64,000 nucleotides of DNA from the NCBI RefSeq assembly GCF_009914755.1, contig NC_060926.1. One strand, 5' to 3'. The position numbers and the translations under genes were made by a program. The notes beneath the pieces are model-generated. The model saw only the letters and a program-made list of their open reading frames with translations. It did no database searches and was not told the DNA's origin. This DNA is from the human T2T-CHM13v2.0 reference genome, Homo sapiens. This document shows positions 1 to 13,510 of this stretch, one piece after another; position 1 is the stretch's first letter; each line of letters begins with the position of its first letter.

Positions 1-545
1 TGCTGGGTATTGACCCAAAGGAAAAGAAGTCATTAATGAAAGAGATGCTCGCACATACATGTTTATAGCGGCACAATTCACAATTGCAAAGATATTGAAC
101 TAACCTAAGTTCCCATTAACTAATAAGTGGATAAGAAAAAATGTGGTATATATACACCATGGAATACTACTCAGCCATAAAAACGTAGTGAAATAATGTC
201 TTCTGCAGCAACTTGGATGGAGCTGAAGGCCATTATTCTAAGCAAAGTAACTCAGGAGGGAAAAACCAAAAAACATATGTTCTTACTTATAACTGGGAGC
301 TAAGCTATGAGTATGAAAATGCATATAGAGTGATACGAGACTTTAGAGAATTAGAATGGGAAGCGTGGGAAGGGGACTAGGGATTAAAAAAAAAACTGTA
401 TATTAGGTACAATGTTCACTATTTGGGTGATGGGTACACTAAAATGTCAGAATTTACCACTATATAATACATCCATGTAACAACAACAAAAAAAAACCAC
501 TTGTACACTAAAAGTTCTTGAAATAATTTTTTTTAAAAAAGAAAA
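1..545 (+). mobile_element. L1 3' end (ORF2 tail, 3'UTR, A-rich tail), L1PB-type (L1PB2/3-like); runs off the window start
   Basis: Recognisable L1 3' motifs: 'ATGGAATACTACTCAGCCATAAAA', 'GGGAGCTAAGCTATGAG', G-rich tract, 'CACCACTATATAATACATCCATGTAAC', ending in an A/T tail at about 520-545. Confidence 0.9.
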
Positions 546-3500
546 GATTATGATATGGGACAACATGTTTATAATATTGTGGAATGGTTTCATCTATAAA
601 ATGCTAACATCTGACAGATGGTTCAGGATTTGTTGCTTCCTAGGTTTTTACTAACATTTAAGGTTACTAAGAATAATAATTCTAGTTAATATATAATTCT
701 GTATGTTATGTTCTTAATGACAAAAAATGTCTACTTTGGTGGTTATTTAAAAGCTAATTACTAAAGAAGGTAAAAAGAAACTGGTCAGTAGAGGAGAGAG
801 ATGTGAAAGTAGTTATGGATATAAAAATGTATTTTTTGGTAAGAACAGATAAAAAGAAAATAGAATAATTTTGTATAATAAAGGATTTCATATGGTAAAT
901 TTGTGTCCTAATATAAAATAATAGATTGTTAAGGAAAGAGGGAAGTATAGGACAAGTCAGAAAATCCAAACATGTCATAGATGGTCTGCGTAGGTTGTGA
1001 TAAACTTCATGAAGAAAATTTATAAAAGGAATTGTGTGTGTGATTCAGTTAGCTATAATTAAAATTAAATTATTTATAAAAGCATTTCTACACATTGGTC
1101 TTCTATTTTAAAACAAGGTTTTCTTAAGGTATTGATTTGCTTTTAATGAAATTACAGCTTTTGCCTTTTAGTTCTATAACCTATTTCTTTTTAAAACTTC
1201 TCAGATTCATATCTTAGAAGTTGAACTTTTGTTGTGTCTCACTGCTGTCAGCTCTTTTTCTCTTTGGAAAAACCTGAGATGACAACTCTCTTTCAGTTCT
1301 TTGTCAGCTCCTGTAACATTTTTCTCCAGGTCTAACAGTTGTTATGGCCTAATGCTGAAATGTTTTTATCATGAAGGTAAAATAAAAAGGAGTGTTTTCC
1401 TCCAGTATAATTTCCTCCAGTATAATTGATTCTGTACTCTTGACTTTTCTTGATATGTCTAAATTTTTCAATGTAATCAGGAAACGTCTTCTGCTGTTCC
1501 TAGGAGTCAGGTATTTCCCTGACATACTTATAACTTTGAAAACAATCTTCCAGTATGTGATTAAATTCAAGCACTTTTTTTCATCAAGTCTGACTTTCAG
1601 ATTATCTAAATGGGCTTCTCATAAGAAAAAGCAGTCACACTGCAGAAGGTTTTTCTTTGCCTTTTTTGTAACTGGTTTAGAAATAACATTTTATGTTTTA
1701 CCAAGATAATTCCTACATTGTCTTATTAGGTGTTTGATTGTTTAGAAAAACTGAGCTTTAAAATAATTCAAATTTTTTTCAATCCATGTAACCTTCTGTA
1801 CTGCTTTTAAAGTCTTTTGATTATCACTTTGGTTAAATGAGTAACTATAATTTTACAACGAGCTTTTTAACATCTTTGACAAAAAATCCTAAATTAAGTC
1901 TCTGACTTATTGCTGGGGGTTATCAAAGCTACAAAAGTTAATCACCAAAAGGTTGTAGAATCTTTTTACAGCTTCCAATCATATCGTGGATTTCAGTAGC
2001 ACCACCCCCAGCCCCTTGCAATTGTCATTATCAGGTGCTATTAACTAATCCATGTGCTGTTAAATTACATGGTTCTGACTGCTGGTGTAACCACTCAATA
2101 AGTTCACCTTGTCTGCTGCCTAGACAGAGATAATTTATCAAGACAGGGGAATTGCAACAGAGAAAGAGTAATTCGGGCAGAACCGGCTGCGTGGGAGACC
2201 AGAATTTTATTATAACTCAAATGAGTCTCCCTGAAAACTTGGGGATGGAAGTTTTCAAGGATAATTTGGTGGGTAGGGAGCCAGTGAATCAGGTGTGAAA
2301 TCATAGGAAGTCTAAACTGTCCTCTTTGCAGTGTCAGCTCCTGAGTGGGGGCCATAAGACCAGATGAGAAAGTTTATCAATCTGGATAGTGCCAGCTGGT
2401 CCATAGAGTGCAGGGTCTACAAAATATACCAAGCACTGATCTTAGGTTTTGCAATAGTGATTTTATCCCCAGGAGCAATTTGAGGAGTTTAGAATCGTGC
2501 AGCCTCCAGCTGCATGACTCCCAAACCATAATTTCTAATCTTGTGGTAAATTTGTTAGTCCTGCAAAGGCAGTCTAGTCCCCAGGCAGGAAGGGGATTTG
2601 TTTTGGGAAAGGACTTCTCCTCCCAAAGTTAGTTCAGATTATGACTCTGAATGAACAAGAACATTTTGGAGGTTAGAGGCAAGATGGAGTCAGCTAGTTC
2701 ATATCTCTTTCATTATAATAATTTCCTCAGTTATAATTTTTGCAAAGGTGATTTCACTGGGAATACATATCTTGTCGCAAGAAGGCAATGACTCCTGCCA
2801 ATATCTGACACCAAACGTAAGTTAACCAAAGCCTCATCTTTAGACCCAAGGAAAGGCAACAATCAAAGTAACTGCGTTCATGAGATGCAGGGAAAGGACT
2901 GTACTCCAAAACATTAAGATTCATGTAATAATTTTTCCTCTATGTGAATTAATATAGTTTATTCTATGTGTTGATACTAAATAATAGAAATGTTTAACTA
3001 CCTATGAGCTTCCTTTCTTGTCATTTTCAAAACTAGACAGAGCTTATGACATTTTTGTTTGAAACACTGCTAATTATTTGTTTTGTTTTGCCTCCAGAGT
3101 TTAAAATTATTCAATCCCTCCAGGCCCAGGTACTGTCACATGAGACTGTAAGGGCTGGTTTCAAGAAATAAAATTAGGTAAAATCCTCCAAATCAAGAAT
3201 AGGCACACCGTTGCCTAAACAGCTGAACAAAATGCTTGTGTTTTGTATAGGTAATTGCTGCAAGCCAAGATTACAGTAGTTCAGTGTATAGAAATTACAA
3301 ATAAGTCCATTTTATAACTTTGTCTTTTGGCTTTTGGTTTTTGTCTCTTATGTTGCTTAAAAGGGGTTTTAAAGGTTAATGAGTGCCTCTCCGCTTCCAT
3401 TCTCATTTGGCCCAGAACATTCAATTGGCTATAAATCTTTTGACTCTAAGCCCCTGAGCCAGAGGAGGTCCCACCCAGGGACATGATGGACCCGAGGCAG

Positions 3501-3587
3501 GTGGCATACTACTCCAGCATTGATATGGGACAACATAAAAGCATGGCCATTATACTGCTTCTGGCATACCTTGATAAAAAGGGGGTA
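546..3587 (+). mobile_element. ERV1 MER4-group internal region (non-coding, AT-rich), interrupted by a solo LTR8
   Basis: Resembles recalled MER4-int-type sequence ('TTGCTTCCTAGGTTTTTACTAACATTTAAGGTTACTAAGAATAA'). It ends in a polypurine tract AAAAAGGGGG (3576-3585) directly before a MER4-type LTR start. Confidence 0.7.
2086..2756 (-). mobile_element. Solo LTR8-family ERV1 LTR
   Basis: The reverse complement begins TGAAATCACCTTTGCAAAAATTATAACTGAGGAAATT (LTR8-type start) and ends GGTTACA. It is flanked by a 4-bp TSD CTGG (2082-2085 and 2757-2760), the length typical of ERV1. Confidence 0.85.
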
Positions 3588-3912
3588 TATAAACTAAAAA
3601 ATAGAACTTTAAGCCTCTCAACGAAGGAGGAATTCAGGCAAAATTGGTCTTTGGAATGCAGGCAAAATTGACCAGCATTCACATTAAAGTAGAGATCATA
3701 AGACTGACAGAATGAATTCTTTATGACAATAAGATACCAAATTATAAACAGAACCTAGGACTATGCCAGGAAAACGCTATGTCTCTATCCCAAAGTAAGC
3801 AGATCATATGTTACATTCACGTTTTTTCAATATGCATGAGTCAGGACCCCTTTATAAATATTCATACATCCTCCTATAACCTGTTAAATATGCATGTTTA
3901 GCCAACCTGTCA
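3588..3912 (+). mobile_element. MER4-family LTR (3' LTR of the upstream internal region), 3'-truncated
   Basis: Starts TATAAACTAAAAATAGAAC (compare MER4 TGTAAACCAAAAATAAAATTC) right after the polypurine tract. Contains 'TAGAGATCATAAGACTGACAGAA...CAATAAGATACCAAATTATAAACAG'. No polyA signal or U5 end is visible. Confidence 0.7.
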
Positions 3913-4069
3913 TCATATCCCCACAGGAGCCCCAGGTATAAATGACAGTGGGGAATAAAGTAACTTATTTCTTAATCAATATTAGGGCTATTTATTCAGC
4001 TTATAACATCCCAAAAGCAAAAAATACTAAAATTCAAGAGAAATACAGCAAAAGGTTTTTTTTAAAAAA

Positions 4070-4425
4070 AACCTTTGGAATGTTGGCTGGGGGACTTGAA
4101 ATTAAGAAATAATATTCTCTGTATGCCAAAATGTCCAATTTCTCTGTTGGGATGAGAGTTGCTTTGCAAGCTAAATGATCAAGTGACTTTTCCTCCAAGG
4201 AAGCAGCAATTTGTCTTACAGATTCCACCAGAACAGGGACTGCAATTTCAGTCCCTTACTCACCCCAAGGAAGGAAAGGAAGAACTCTTCCCTCCAGAAG
4301 TCTATGAACAATTTTCTGTTTCCATGTCCTCATACCCCATGGATGAGCCCTGTTGCCCAGGAAATAAGGTGCTACTAAAATCCTGGAGAAACCAAGAGCA
4401 GACAAAGAGCTAGCCAAAAAGTAAA
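4070..4425 (+). pseudogene. ERV1 (gamma-like) pro-pol remnant: protease C-terminus joined to the integrase C-terminal tail
   Basis: The frame from 4114 reads ILCMPKCPISLLG*ELLCKLNDQVTF, the protease LLGRDLL motif with TGA at 4153-4155 (likely CGA decay). It continues in ORF 4159-4413 to PGNKVLLKSW, which resembles the gammaretroviral integrase C-terminal PGDxVxxKxW motif. Confidence 0.75.
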
Positions 4426-4429
4426 CACC

Positions 4430-4864
4430 CTTCTCCCTGAAGAAAACTTGCAGATTAGCCAAATGGTCCTACAAAATGTATGGCCTTAGATATCCTGACT
4501 GCAGCCCAAGGCAACACTTGTGCACTGATTAAGACTGAGTGTTGTGCATATATATACACCAGATTGTTTTCACAATATAACCCAAGTTATGCATGCATTA
4601 GATATCTCTGTTTCTGCTATAGATACCTTCTCCCAGGACCCCGTAACAGCATGGTTCAGCTAACTTCCTAATGCATGGAAGACTTTCATATACTGTGTGA
4701 TTGGTACTCTGCTGATTGTTCTCCTTGGCTGCTGTGGACCTTATTACCATTATATATTTTGTATGGAGGTGCAGGACAGATTATCTCAAAAGCTCCTACA
4801 TCCTAGTACCATAATGCTCCAGCAAGTCCCTATTGTGAATCTGGAAACTCTGGAATATGCCTAA
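4430..4864 (+). pseudogene. ERV1 env transmembrane (TM) subunit remnant
   Basis: VLQN/[frameshift]MALDILTAAQGNTCALIKTECC is an immunosuppressive domain plus CX6CC. After a second frameshift, the frame from 4559 reads PDCFHNITQVMHALD...AWFS*LPNAWKTFIYCVIGTLLIVLLGCCG (membrane anchor), then a cytoplasmic tail to TAA at 4862-4864. Confidence 0.85.
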
Positions 4865-4987
4865 CTACAGGTAAATAGATTCCATTCTGATACACCCTAC
4901 CCATGCTCCTTTTCAGAAAGAAATAGCAAGATTTACCGCATCACCTACTTTCCATAGAAAAGGAATGGAATTTGACAGTGAGAAACC

Positions 4988-5537
4988 CATAACCAAGTAT
5001 CCCAGTAAAAAATGCATTTTGAGGCTTTTTCCCCCTGTTTCTTGCTTTCAGCCTTGAAACATACTTTGAAACTCTTCGTTTCTCCTTTCCCACCAGGTAC
5101 TTATGTGAACAGTTCTCGCTAATCTAATTATGTGCTTGCTTAGAAGTTGCAGGGACCAGTTTTGAAACAAAACCAAATTGAGAGACCCAGCTGCAGAATT
5201 CTCCCAATTGGGGGAAATTACTAGCAAGCCACCACCACCGGGTGAAAATCAGGATAACACAAACCTGACCCCTGGATGGGCGGTTACTTACGATAATCAT
5301 CAGAATGAGACAGGCATACCTGCACCCTCCTGCACTTGCCAAGTGTGTGTTTCCCACACGTTTTCCTTCTGAAACCCCTTCACTCAGCCCGAGAGACAGA
5401 GATGGCTTCTTTGAGGCAGAAGCTTGGTTATCTCCCATCTGCTAGCATTTGATCAATAAAGTTGTTTTCCTTTCACCACACCTTGCTTCTTGTGTTTTCA
5501 TTCTGAGAGGTGAGCAGTCAGACCTGAGCCTGTTACA
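4988..5537 (+). mobile_element. ERV1 LTR (MER66-like) acting as the 3' LTR of the pol/env remnant
   Basis: Begins CATAACCAAGTATCCC (decayed TGTAACC), has AATAAA at 5455-5460 and ends TGTTACA at 5531-5537. Lies just downstream of env. The family name is from memory. Confidence 0.65.
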
Positions 5538-6409
5538 AAAGGAAACTTCCTTCAACTCCTCCAACCATGGGTAAGGCCTGACTCTATCCACCACCCATCT
5601 CAGCACCGTTTCTTTCTCTGAAGAAAAAGCTGTTTGGATCCATCTGACTTTAGTCAGGTTGCAGGCTGAGAGGAAGAAAAACCACCATGAGGAGGGTGGG
5701 GGTTAGAAGATCAAGAGGCCATGAGAAAAGGGAAAAGGAGAGAGCAGTCACAGAGGAAGGCTCTCTTATGCCTAACTGAGGTGGATGCAGTGTGGATGAC
5801 AGCAGACAGAGGACATAAAGTAAAGAATCGTTTCTGCCATTCTCAGGATTTTGTGTACATGCCTGACTGTCTAATGATAAGACCCCTGAGGATGGACTCT
5901 CTGCCTAGCTTTTGTTTCAATATCTTGTAAAAATGCTTCCAGATTTGACGAAGTATCTGCAGAGACTATAGAAGAAATAGCATCTGATTGTGTAACTCTT
6001 TTGTTGTTGTTAGTCTGATAAGACACACAGCCTGCAGTACGTGAAGTGAAGCAATATTTTCACCACACAGCAGGCTGTTGCAGAAAAACCCTTCATTTCA
6101 AGTGTGCACCTGGCTTGGTCTGTGGAACTGACCAAGGTATAGGTATAAGTCTTAGGGGAGGGCAACCAGCCTGATGGAGGGCAATGAACCAATTTTTTTC
6201 CTCAAGCTTTGTTAAACTTATGCATTAGAAAGAACTATGCAAATGAAGAGAGACTTCAACTTCAGAAAAATGACCCTTAATAATAATAAAAATAATAATA
6301 AACAATGGATGACACCAAAGGAACATGCGTCTTTTCTTCTATGCAACTTCTGTGTTCCTGTAAAGGTAGGTGTAAATTAAATACATTTTTAAAAGAAAAA
6401 AGTATTTTC

Positions 6410-6975
6410 CTTTTTTCATTTAAACTTTTCATTGAACCATACATATACAAAAAAACTATGCACATTGCTAGTGCCAAGCTTAATGAATCATTCAAACTAA
6501 ATATACCTGTGTAGCTGGAACCCAACTCATGAAACAGAATATGGCACATTCTCCAGAGGCTCCCATGTCTCCATCTAGTCACTACCTAGCTGCCTCAAAA
6601 GAAACTCACCACTGTGCTGACACCTAATACCACAAACTGGTTTTTGTGTTTTGAACCTGAGAGAAACAGAAATACATAATATATGTTCGTCCTTGTTGTC
6701 TGGCTTCATCACTCAATGCAATGTTTGTGTGTAGTTTTAGATGCTTCCTTCTTATTACAGTATAGCATTCCACTACATGAAAACCACAGAATCCTACTAA
6801 TCTAATATCTATTTTGCTACTTTATTATATCCCTCCTATTATTGGAAATTTTAGTTTCCAGTTGGGGAATTTTAAGAATGGTGTTGCAATGACCATAGCT
6901 ACACAAATCTTTTTTTGAGTCTAAGGGTATATTTTTCTCCACTACACACCTAGGAACCCATACCTAGGAATGAAA
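6410..6975 (-). mobile_element. Old L1M (L1MD/L1ME-type) 3' fragment
   Basis: Antisense L1M 3'UTR/ORF2-end motifs such as 'GTCTGGCTTCATCACTCAATGCAATGTTT', 'GTATAGCATTCCACT' and 'ATACCTAGGAATGAAAT'. Confidence 0.6.
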
Positions 6976-6993
6976 TAAAATTTGGGTTTTTTT

Positions 6994-7535
6994 AATATAT
7001 ATACACAGACACATATATACACACATATATAATCTATATATATAGATATACACACACATATATATTTCTATATATAATCCATATATAGATATACATACTC
7101 ACATATATATTATATAGATATACATACACACACATATTATATATTTATATTATATATTACATATATATGATATATACTATTATATATTGCACATATAATA
7201 TATAATAGGCTTATATTATATATTATGTGTATGTATATCTATATATGCATATGTACATGTGTACACATATTATTAAATATATAATATACTTAATATATAA
7301 CACATATGTTTTATATATTATATACATGCATATGTATATCTATATATGTATGTATAGGTATACATATAATATATAATATATATAATGTATAATATATGTG
7401 TGTATGTATATCTATATAATATATATTATATATAATTATAGAATATAGATTATAGTATAGAATATAAAATATAACATATGTGTATATATATACCTATATA
7501 GATGGATTACATGTGTGTATATAGATATGTACACA
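6994..7535. repeat. Degenerate (TA)n/(TACA)n low-complexity tract, about 540 bp
   Basis: Near-continuous alternating TA with CA/TG interruptions. Confidence 0.95.
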
Positions 7536-7679
7536 AACATACTTAGCTTTATTTGATATTGCCAAACTGTTTTTGAAAATGCAAAATTTTAGGCATACAC
7601 ATTTCTGGGATAATTTTGACCCATTTCACAAATTTTAAGATTTTTTAAAATTTGTTTCTTTTAAAATCAATACTCAAAA

Positions 7680-7812
7680 CAAACTGGGAGGTTACGGACA
7701 TAACATTGTTTTATATCTTGATTGTGGTGGTGATTAGATGTGACTACACGCTTGTTAAAACTTGTAGAAATGTATTACAAAATGGTGAGTTTTATTTTAT
7801 GAATTAGTTTAT
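7680..7812 (+). mobile_element. Short L1MC/L1ME-type 3'UTR fragment
   Basis: 'ATTGTTTTATATCTTGATTGTGGTGGTG...GTTAAAACTTGTAGAAATG...GTGAGTTTTATTTTATG' is typical of L1M 3' ends. Confidence 0.55.
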
Positions 7813-9620
<1,808 letters not shown>

Positions 9621-10556
9621 CATTGTAGCAAAAGAGAGGAGAGAGAAAAAGGAACTGACCAGAGCTTGGGAAGAATTCTCATTTAGAGACGGGAAGAACT
9701 CTCATTTAGAGATGGGAAAAAAGAAGCAACCCTGAAAAAGACAGAAAATGAATGGAGATAGGAACACAATCAAGAGAAAGTGGCACCATTTCATATTCCC
9801 CCAACCCAGTCTTTCACCAAAGTCTTGAAAAGCTTGGAATCTCTTTTATAAGGCATTACTCATTTATACCTTATTCCACTCCAATTTTACTTAGTATCTT
9901 TAAATTCTACCCCTCTACTTACCCTTCCTCCAAAAGTGTTAATTCCTCTTTTGAGGCCAGGGGAAAAGCCTTAAACACTGACTCATGGGACAAAAATCAT
10001 CTCATTCTTTGACCCTCTACCTCTCCCTAAGTATTTTCCTACAATTTTTACAGTATTGGAACAAGCCTGACTATTTTCATTTAATAAACACATATTCACC
10101 ATTTGTTATGTATAAGCCACTCAGCAGGAGGCTGTGGATAGGAGAGATGCAGAGCAGGAATAACATTCAAAATATCCAGCAACTTGGCCAACATGGGCTC
10201 TGGCAAAGCCATAGCTGGGCCAGGACCCTGGAGAAACTGCTGTTCCAGGTGTAAACCTTGTAGTTATTTGAATAAGGTGATGTGAGGGATGCTGGAGGAA
10301 GGGGACAGGGAGTTCTCTGTGGAGGGCTTGGGGCAGTGGCTATCTACCAAATGATATGGACATATTGTAGGGGATAGGGGACTGACATATCCCTATCCCC
10401 AGTGATCCTGGGAACTCGGGAGTTCATAGCAGTTGCACTCAGCAAGACAATACATGAACTAATGATTACAATATCGTGCAGTCATAAGAGAAAAAATTTT
10501 AGGATCTTCTAATTTTATTACACCAAGGAGGAAATTGAGCCCCGGAGACTGAGTCA

Positions 10557-11035
10557 TATAGCAGGTTTGCAACTTCTCATTATTGGATTATAGATTAACT
10601 CTCTTTCTCATTGTTCTTGTTCTGTAAATGACTATGAGAGACTGGAGACCACACCTCTTCCCCTTCCAATCACTGATCTTTGTTACAGATTAACTGTCTC
10701 CTTTATTTTCCTGTACCTTACTCAAACCAGGTGGTGCAAACGACCCCATGACTGTTACATCTTCAATGTAGATGTTAAATATACCTTTCCAAAAAAAAAA
10801 AAAAAAAAACTACCTGAACTAATCAGATTGTTATAACTATGCATTCAAACATATATAGAAAGATGCTGAATTTCTGTTATGCTTTCCTAAATTTGGTCTC
10901 TATAAAGGACCCCAAACTTCTATACCTTTGTAATCTGTGTTTCCTGAGTGGCTGTCCTCAAACTTTATGTTTGAACAAACATAAACTCACTTTACACTAG
11001 ATTCTGATCCTTTTGATTATTTCGTCTTGGTTACA
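10557..11035 (+). mobile_element. Solo ERV1-type LTR (MER4-group; family not assigned)
   Basis: About 480 bp with a TATAAA box (10901-10906), a polyA-like ATAAAC (10981-10986) and a terminal GGTTACA. Internal A19 run. Confidence 0.55.
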
Positions 11036-12794
11036 GCGTCTAATGAGCCCTGAGAGGGCACAAGGGAAATTTAATGGAGATTTGGAGAGGTGGAGATCAC
11101 TTATTTTGGGAAGGAGAATAAGAACATTTGAGTTGAATTCCAAAAACAGGTGTATTTAGGTGTGAAAGCAGAAGCAGTGAAAATGAAGGGCATAGATTAA
11201 GTAAAAGTCAAAAGGCAGAAATGCACTGTTTGCCTGTTACAAAGGAGCTCAGAAAGAGTAACAAGAAATAAGATGGCAGGTAAAACAATAAGGAAAAAGG
11301 AATGAACAAATTGTGGGGGTGGAGATAGATTCTTTTGAGATTCATGAATATGTCATCGAATTTTCTAGCTGAAAAGGGGCTTAGAGACCCTAAAGGCCAA
11401 TCTTGCAAACTTTTGGTGGTAAAAATGGGGAAACTGAGGCCCAGAGGAAGGAGTATGTTAATATCAGGGGCCCGGAATTCTCATTTCAGAGCTTTCTCCC
11501 GCAGGTCTCATTTCTCTCCTCTTCTTCTGGTTTTTACAGTGCAAAATAAATAAATGCCTGTAAGCAGTAGCTGCTGATGAGGAGGCTTTGATTTTTTATT
11601 TCTTCCCCAGAGGGCTGGCATAGTGCCTTACTTCCTAAAGATGCATTCAAATAGATCATACTCCTCAAGTTCCTGCTTTCTCTTCAGGTGTTTTAATAAA
11701 ACTGAGAACAGTAAGCGGATGCTCTGGTCTCTCTGCCCCTCCATAGCTAGCTGGAGCTTTTTCCTTCTATGAGGCAATAGTAGCACCGCTTAGCTCTCCG
11801 TTGAAAGATTCAAATGCAATACACGTTATATAAGCTCTCTTTTTCTCTACTCATCTTGTCAGGTATGACACAAAGCTCTCATCCTGAAGGGTTTTCTCCC
11901 TTTCCCTTGCTCCTACTTCTACATTAGATGTGTTTCTTATTAAGCTGCATTCTCTTCCAAGATATTGTTGGAATTCATTTTACTTCCATTTTTTCATCTC
12001 TTCTGTCAGTCAAGAGGAAAACAGATAAAAAGGCTGCTCTTAGAACAAATTCAAAATCTCACAGTTTTGAACTCACTTACTGTTCATCTCCTCCTGAGGA
12101 TTTTCTACTTGATGGACAGTAATCATAGTCTAGGACCCAATAACAGAACCGACTGAAATTTTTACCAAACCTTTCTCTAATTTTACTATTCTAACTGTCT
12201 AACATATAATTTTTCTGGACACAAGCTTTTAACCTATTTTATACCCTTCACAACATAGTTTTATTTTTTAAATATTGTTTCATATTAATAAAACGAAAAT
12301 TAGTGAGCCTGTAAATTTTGAATTATTTCAGCTGTCATTTAATGTATATTTTCTATGACTACATGTTAGACTTTACTAAATGCTAAACATGTATCAGCAC
12401 AGTTAGTGGCCATAATCAATCTTCTGAGGTAGACATTTTGATTTTTTTCTTATACAGGTGGGGAAACTGGAACTTAAGTATTTTAATATTCATCATGGTC
12501 TTCTAGCTAAGAAGTAATAGAACCTGAACTTAACTCCAGACAGCTTGGGTCTCAGACTTTCACACATAACCATAACATTATCGAACCCCATTCCAAGTTG
12601 TCTTTCCTAGGCAGTCAATTACATTATGATTCTCTAAAAATTTACTCTGTAAATTGTATTAAAATCAGCAAAGTGATCTAGAGAGGAATAAGACTGTACT
12701 CTTTAAACAAACAAGCAATAAAACATTAAAAAAACTATGACTAGAATAACACACAAAATTCTTATTGATAAATATAACCATAAAACAATAACTA

Positions 12795-13510
12795 TTTTAT
12801 TTTATTTAATTGATAAGTAATAATTGTACATATTCATGGGGGTTCATAGTGATATTTTGATCCATACAATATATAGTAATCAGTCTGGGTAATTAGTATA
12901 TCCATCATCTCAAACATTTATCTTTTCTTTGTGTTGGAAATGTTTAATATCCTCCCTCTAGCTATTCGAAATTACATATTACTGTTAACTACAGTCATCC
13001 TACGGTGGTATACAGCTTTAGAACTTGTTCCTACTATCTATAATTTTGTGTTCTTTAACAAATATCTCCCTGTCCCTTAATTTCCCCTACCCTTCCCAGT
13101 CTATAGTATATTCTGTTCTACATTTTACTTCTGTGACATCAACTATTTTTTAGCTTCCACATATAGGTCAGAATATTTGGTGTTTAACTTTCTGTTCCTG
13201 GCTTATTTCACTTAACCTAATGTCATCCAGTTCCATGCATGTTGCCATGAATTACAGAATTGTATTCTTTTTGATGGCCAAATAGTATGATGGCATACGT
13301 ATATCACATTTTCTTCATTCATCTGTTGTTGGACACCTAGAGGCATTTCATGTCTTGGCTATTATGAGTAGTGCTGCAATAAACATGGTGGTTCAAATGT
13401 CTTTTTGATATAATGATTTCCTTTCCTTTGGAAATTCTCAATAGTAGGATTGCTGGATCATGTGGTAGTTCTACTTGTAGTTATTTTAGGAACCACCATA
13501 CTGTTCTCCA
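12795..13510 (-). mobile_element. L1MA-type 3' fragment
   Basis: T-rich tail followed by 'GTAATTAGTATATCCATCATCTCAAACATTTATC', 'GGCTTATTTCACTTAAC' and 'GATTGCTGGATCATGTGGTAGTTC'. Confidence 0.85.

Noticed and set aside
4480-4671. Syncytin-like functional env gene
   Set aside because: No signal peptide, SU or fusion peptide, plus two frameshifts and an in-frame stop.
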